DNA of 62,530 nucleotides, filler included, from Basidiobolus ranarum (Eukaryota): NCBI GenBank assembly GCA_040143965.1. It is 34 parts of 34 records of this genome, joined end to end, with 100 filler letters (N's around TTAATTAATTAA, not from the genome) between each part and the next. Parts side by side here need not be neighbours in the genome. Positions count along the whole stretch, not along the records: positions 60,797 to 62,530 come from JASJQH010004446.1; 33 more parts are not named here. One strand, 5' to 3'. Shown piece by piece: positions 60,797 to 62,530 of this stretch (position 1 is its first letter; each line of letters starts with the position of its first letter). The notes under the pieces were generated by a model. It saw only the letters and a program-made list of their open reading frames with translations, ran no database searches and was not told where the DNA came from. The position numbers and the translations under genes were made by a program.

Positions 60797-62530
60797 TGCA
60801 AAAATCTGTGAGCACATTGAAAAGAGCCCTTTGTTGGAAGGTTAATATACTCTGGAGTCTCCTTAACCCATTGTATTACACATATCACTTATTCTGCTGA
60901 TACATTGTTAATCAGATTAGCATATGGTAATACTGAAAATTTCACATGGAGCATCATTTCACTGCAGGTGTGCTCCATTGGAAATTCTGAGAATAAATAG
61001 CAAGGGCCTATAATCTATGATCATTTTGAAAGAAGCAGCAGAGAATATACTTAGTACCGGCATAGATTAAGTCTATCTTCTTTAAGCCTAAACTAAAGTT
61101 CTACATATTGAAATACAAAATCTTTGCACAATCACTGTATCTGCTTGATATCCACCAATGCAAGTAGATATGTAAGAATATTCTAACAATATCCACAAAC
61201 AACTCCCAAAGTTGCCAATACTTTTCAGACAGAAATATTTTCAAGATTCCACCAAAATATAAACAAATCCAATACTTCCAGTCTTTGCTATTGAATAAAT
61301 GCCTAGATAGGTGGATATTGATGTGAGTCCTGGTAAAATATGATGGCATCTTGTTGTTTTCAGGCATTTTCACAATTGATTCAAACTTTGATCCTATCCC
61401 ATACAATTCATTCCTATAGAATTTGCTACTATATAGCTGAATACATAGTATCCAAATGTTGTTGAATATTAAGTATATAGGTCCTAATAAGAAGCTCTGG
61501 TTCCAGTTGATCCCCATTAGCAAGAGAATTATAGGCTTACAGCTAATACCAAGTTTGATGTTAGACTGACCATTTGGTGAGTTGATATCTGTGATCATGT
61601 TCAAATCTGACTGGGCTCTTGATGGTAAACTCATGCAGTTTAGTTTTGTAATTGGATAGTAGCTATGTATATCCCTGATAAAGTCAACCAAATTGATTTG
61701 ACAAAATGAACAGCAAGATAGTGCATTATATCCACAAAAGCCTCCAAGTTTACTGATGCAGGAGTACCATCAATACATACACTGATAATAGCTTTAATAA
61801 AGTATTTACCCATCTAGACCCCATTAGATAACCATTCAAATTCCAAATCAAAGGCTCCAAGAAGCTATCCATAAACACTGGTGATTTAGGTCTAGATATG
61901 ATGAATAGTATCAAGATATTAAGACTGTTATATGATTTAGAATGAGGAAAATTTAAGTTAATCATAATTATTGGCTGGCAAGCCTTGCCAACAGTATATT
62001 TGTTTAGTGAGTAACCATCCAGAGCCAATGCAAATGCATGATCATACATGTTCTCAAGGAAATCTTCACTTTTCAGATTCTGTTAGTGATATCCGTCAAG
62101 TATATTGGTAGTACCATGAGCTTTATGGTGTGTACTTTGATATTGGATCAATGATCTATATTTTGGTGATTTCATCAAAACTTTAAGACAGGGGGTGAAT
62201 GGTACGTAAGCCAAATATGAACAACATTTAACTGATTCAATGATTGCTAATTTTGTGCAAACAGTACATGGCTTCAGGTTTTTCAGATCATTAGTGAAAG
62301 CTAAACAATTATTTGGAAATGAAGTTCAATTACTGAAGGATTTTAAGTCACACAATTGACAAGTGTTTTCCACTTGTATGAGGTCTGTGGCAAGCAATAT
62401 TTGCAATCAACTGTGGAAACAGCATAAGAAAATCAACAAATTCCTGGTTGCTAAGATTGTATTGAACTCTCCCTCCTCAATGATCAAAGCTGCTTCCTTT
62501 AATGTAGGTGTTATGAGTGAACTAAAGCTT
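60797..62530 (-). mobile_element. CMC/EnSpm transposase, longest copy in the window, decayed
   Basis: HAFALALDG, GTPASVNL/GFCGYNALSCCSFCQI, SKDWKYW, ME.TC.EM. Confidence 0.9.

Overview
This window is not contiguous chromosome. It is 34 unrelated contigs of about 1.74 kb, ordered by decreasing length and joined by 100-bp N44-TTAATTAATTAA-N44 spacers, so adjacency across spacers carries no meaning. The DNA is eukaryotic and AT-rich. I infer an early-diverging fungus (Basidiobolus/Entomophthoromycotina-like) from the short introns, a DHCR7-type sterol reductase, a proteinase-K-like subtilisin and a chromovirus. Most contigs are CpG-depleted nests of decayed transposons: several Ty1/copia families, a Ty3/gypsy chromovirus, a LINE, a CMC/EnSpm DNA transposon with CCCTAACA termini and a small MITE. 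The remaining contigs carry host gene fragments (DHCR7, S8 protease, Est1/SMG-type TPR protein, nucleotide-sugar transporter, two tandem POT transporters, tRNA-Leu, secreted Gly-rich proteins). Two features stand out. The first is an intronless, compact, divergent RNA polymerase second-largest-subunit fragment that looks like a large DNA virus gene, fused to host repeats (39342-40421). The second is a tandemly arrayed secreted precursor in which repeated acidic pro-segments ending in RR would release two strongly cationic peptides (12939-14683). All family assignments come from motif recognition by eye; no database searches were run.
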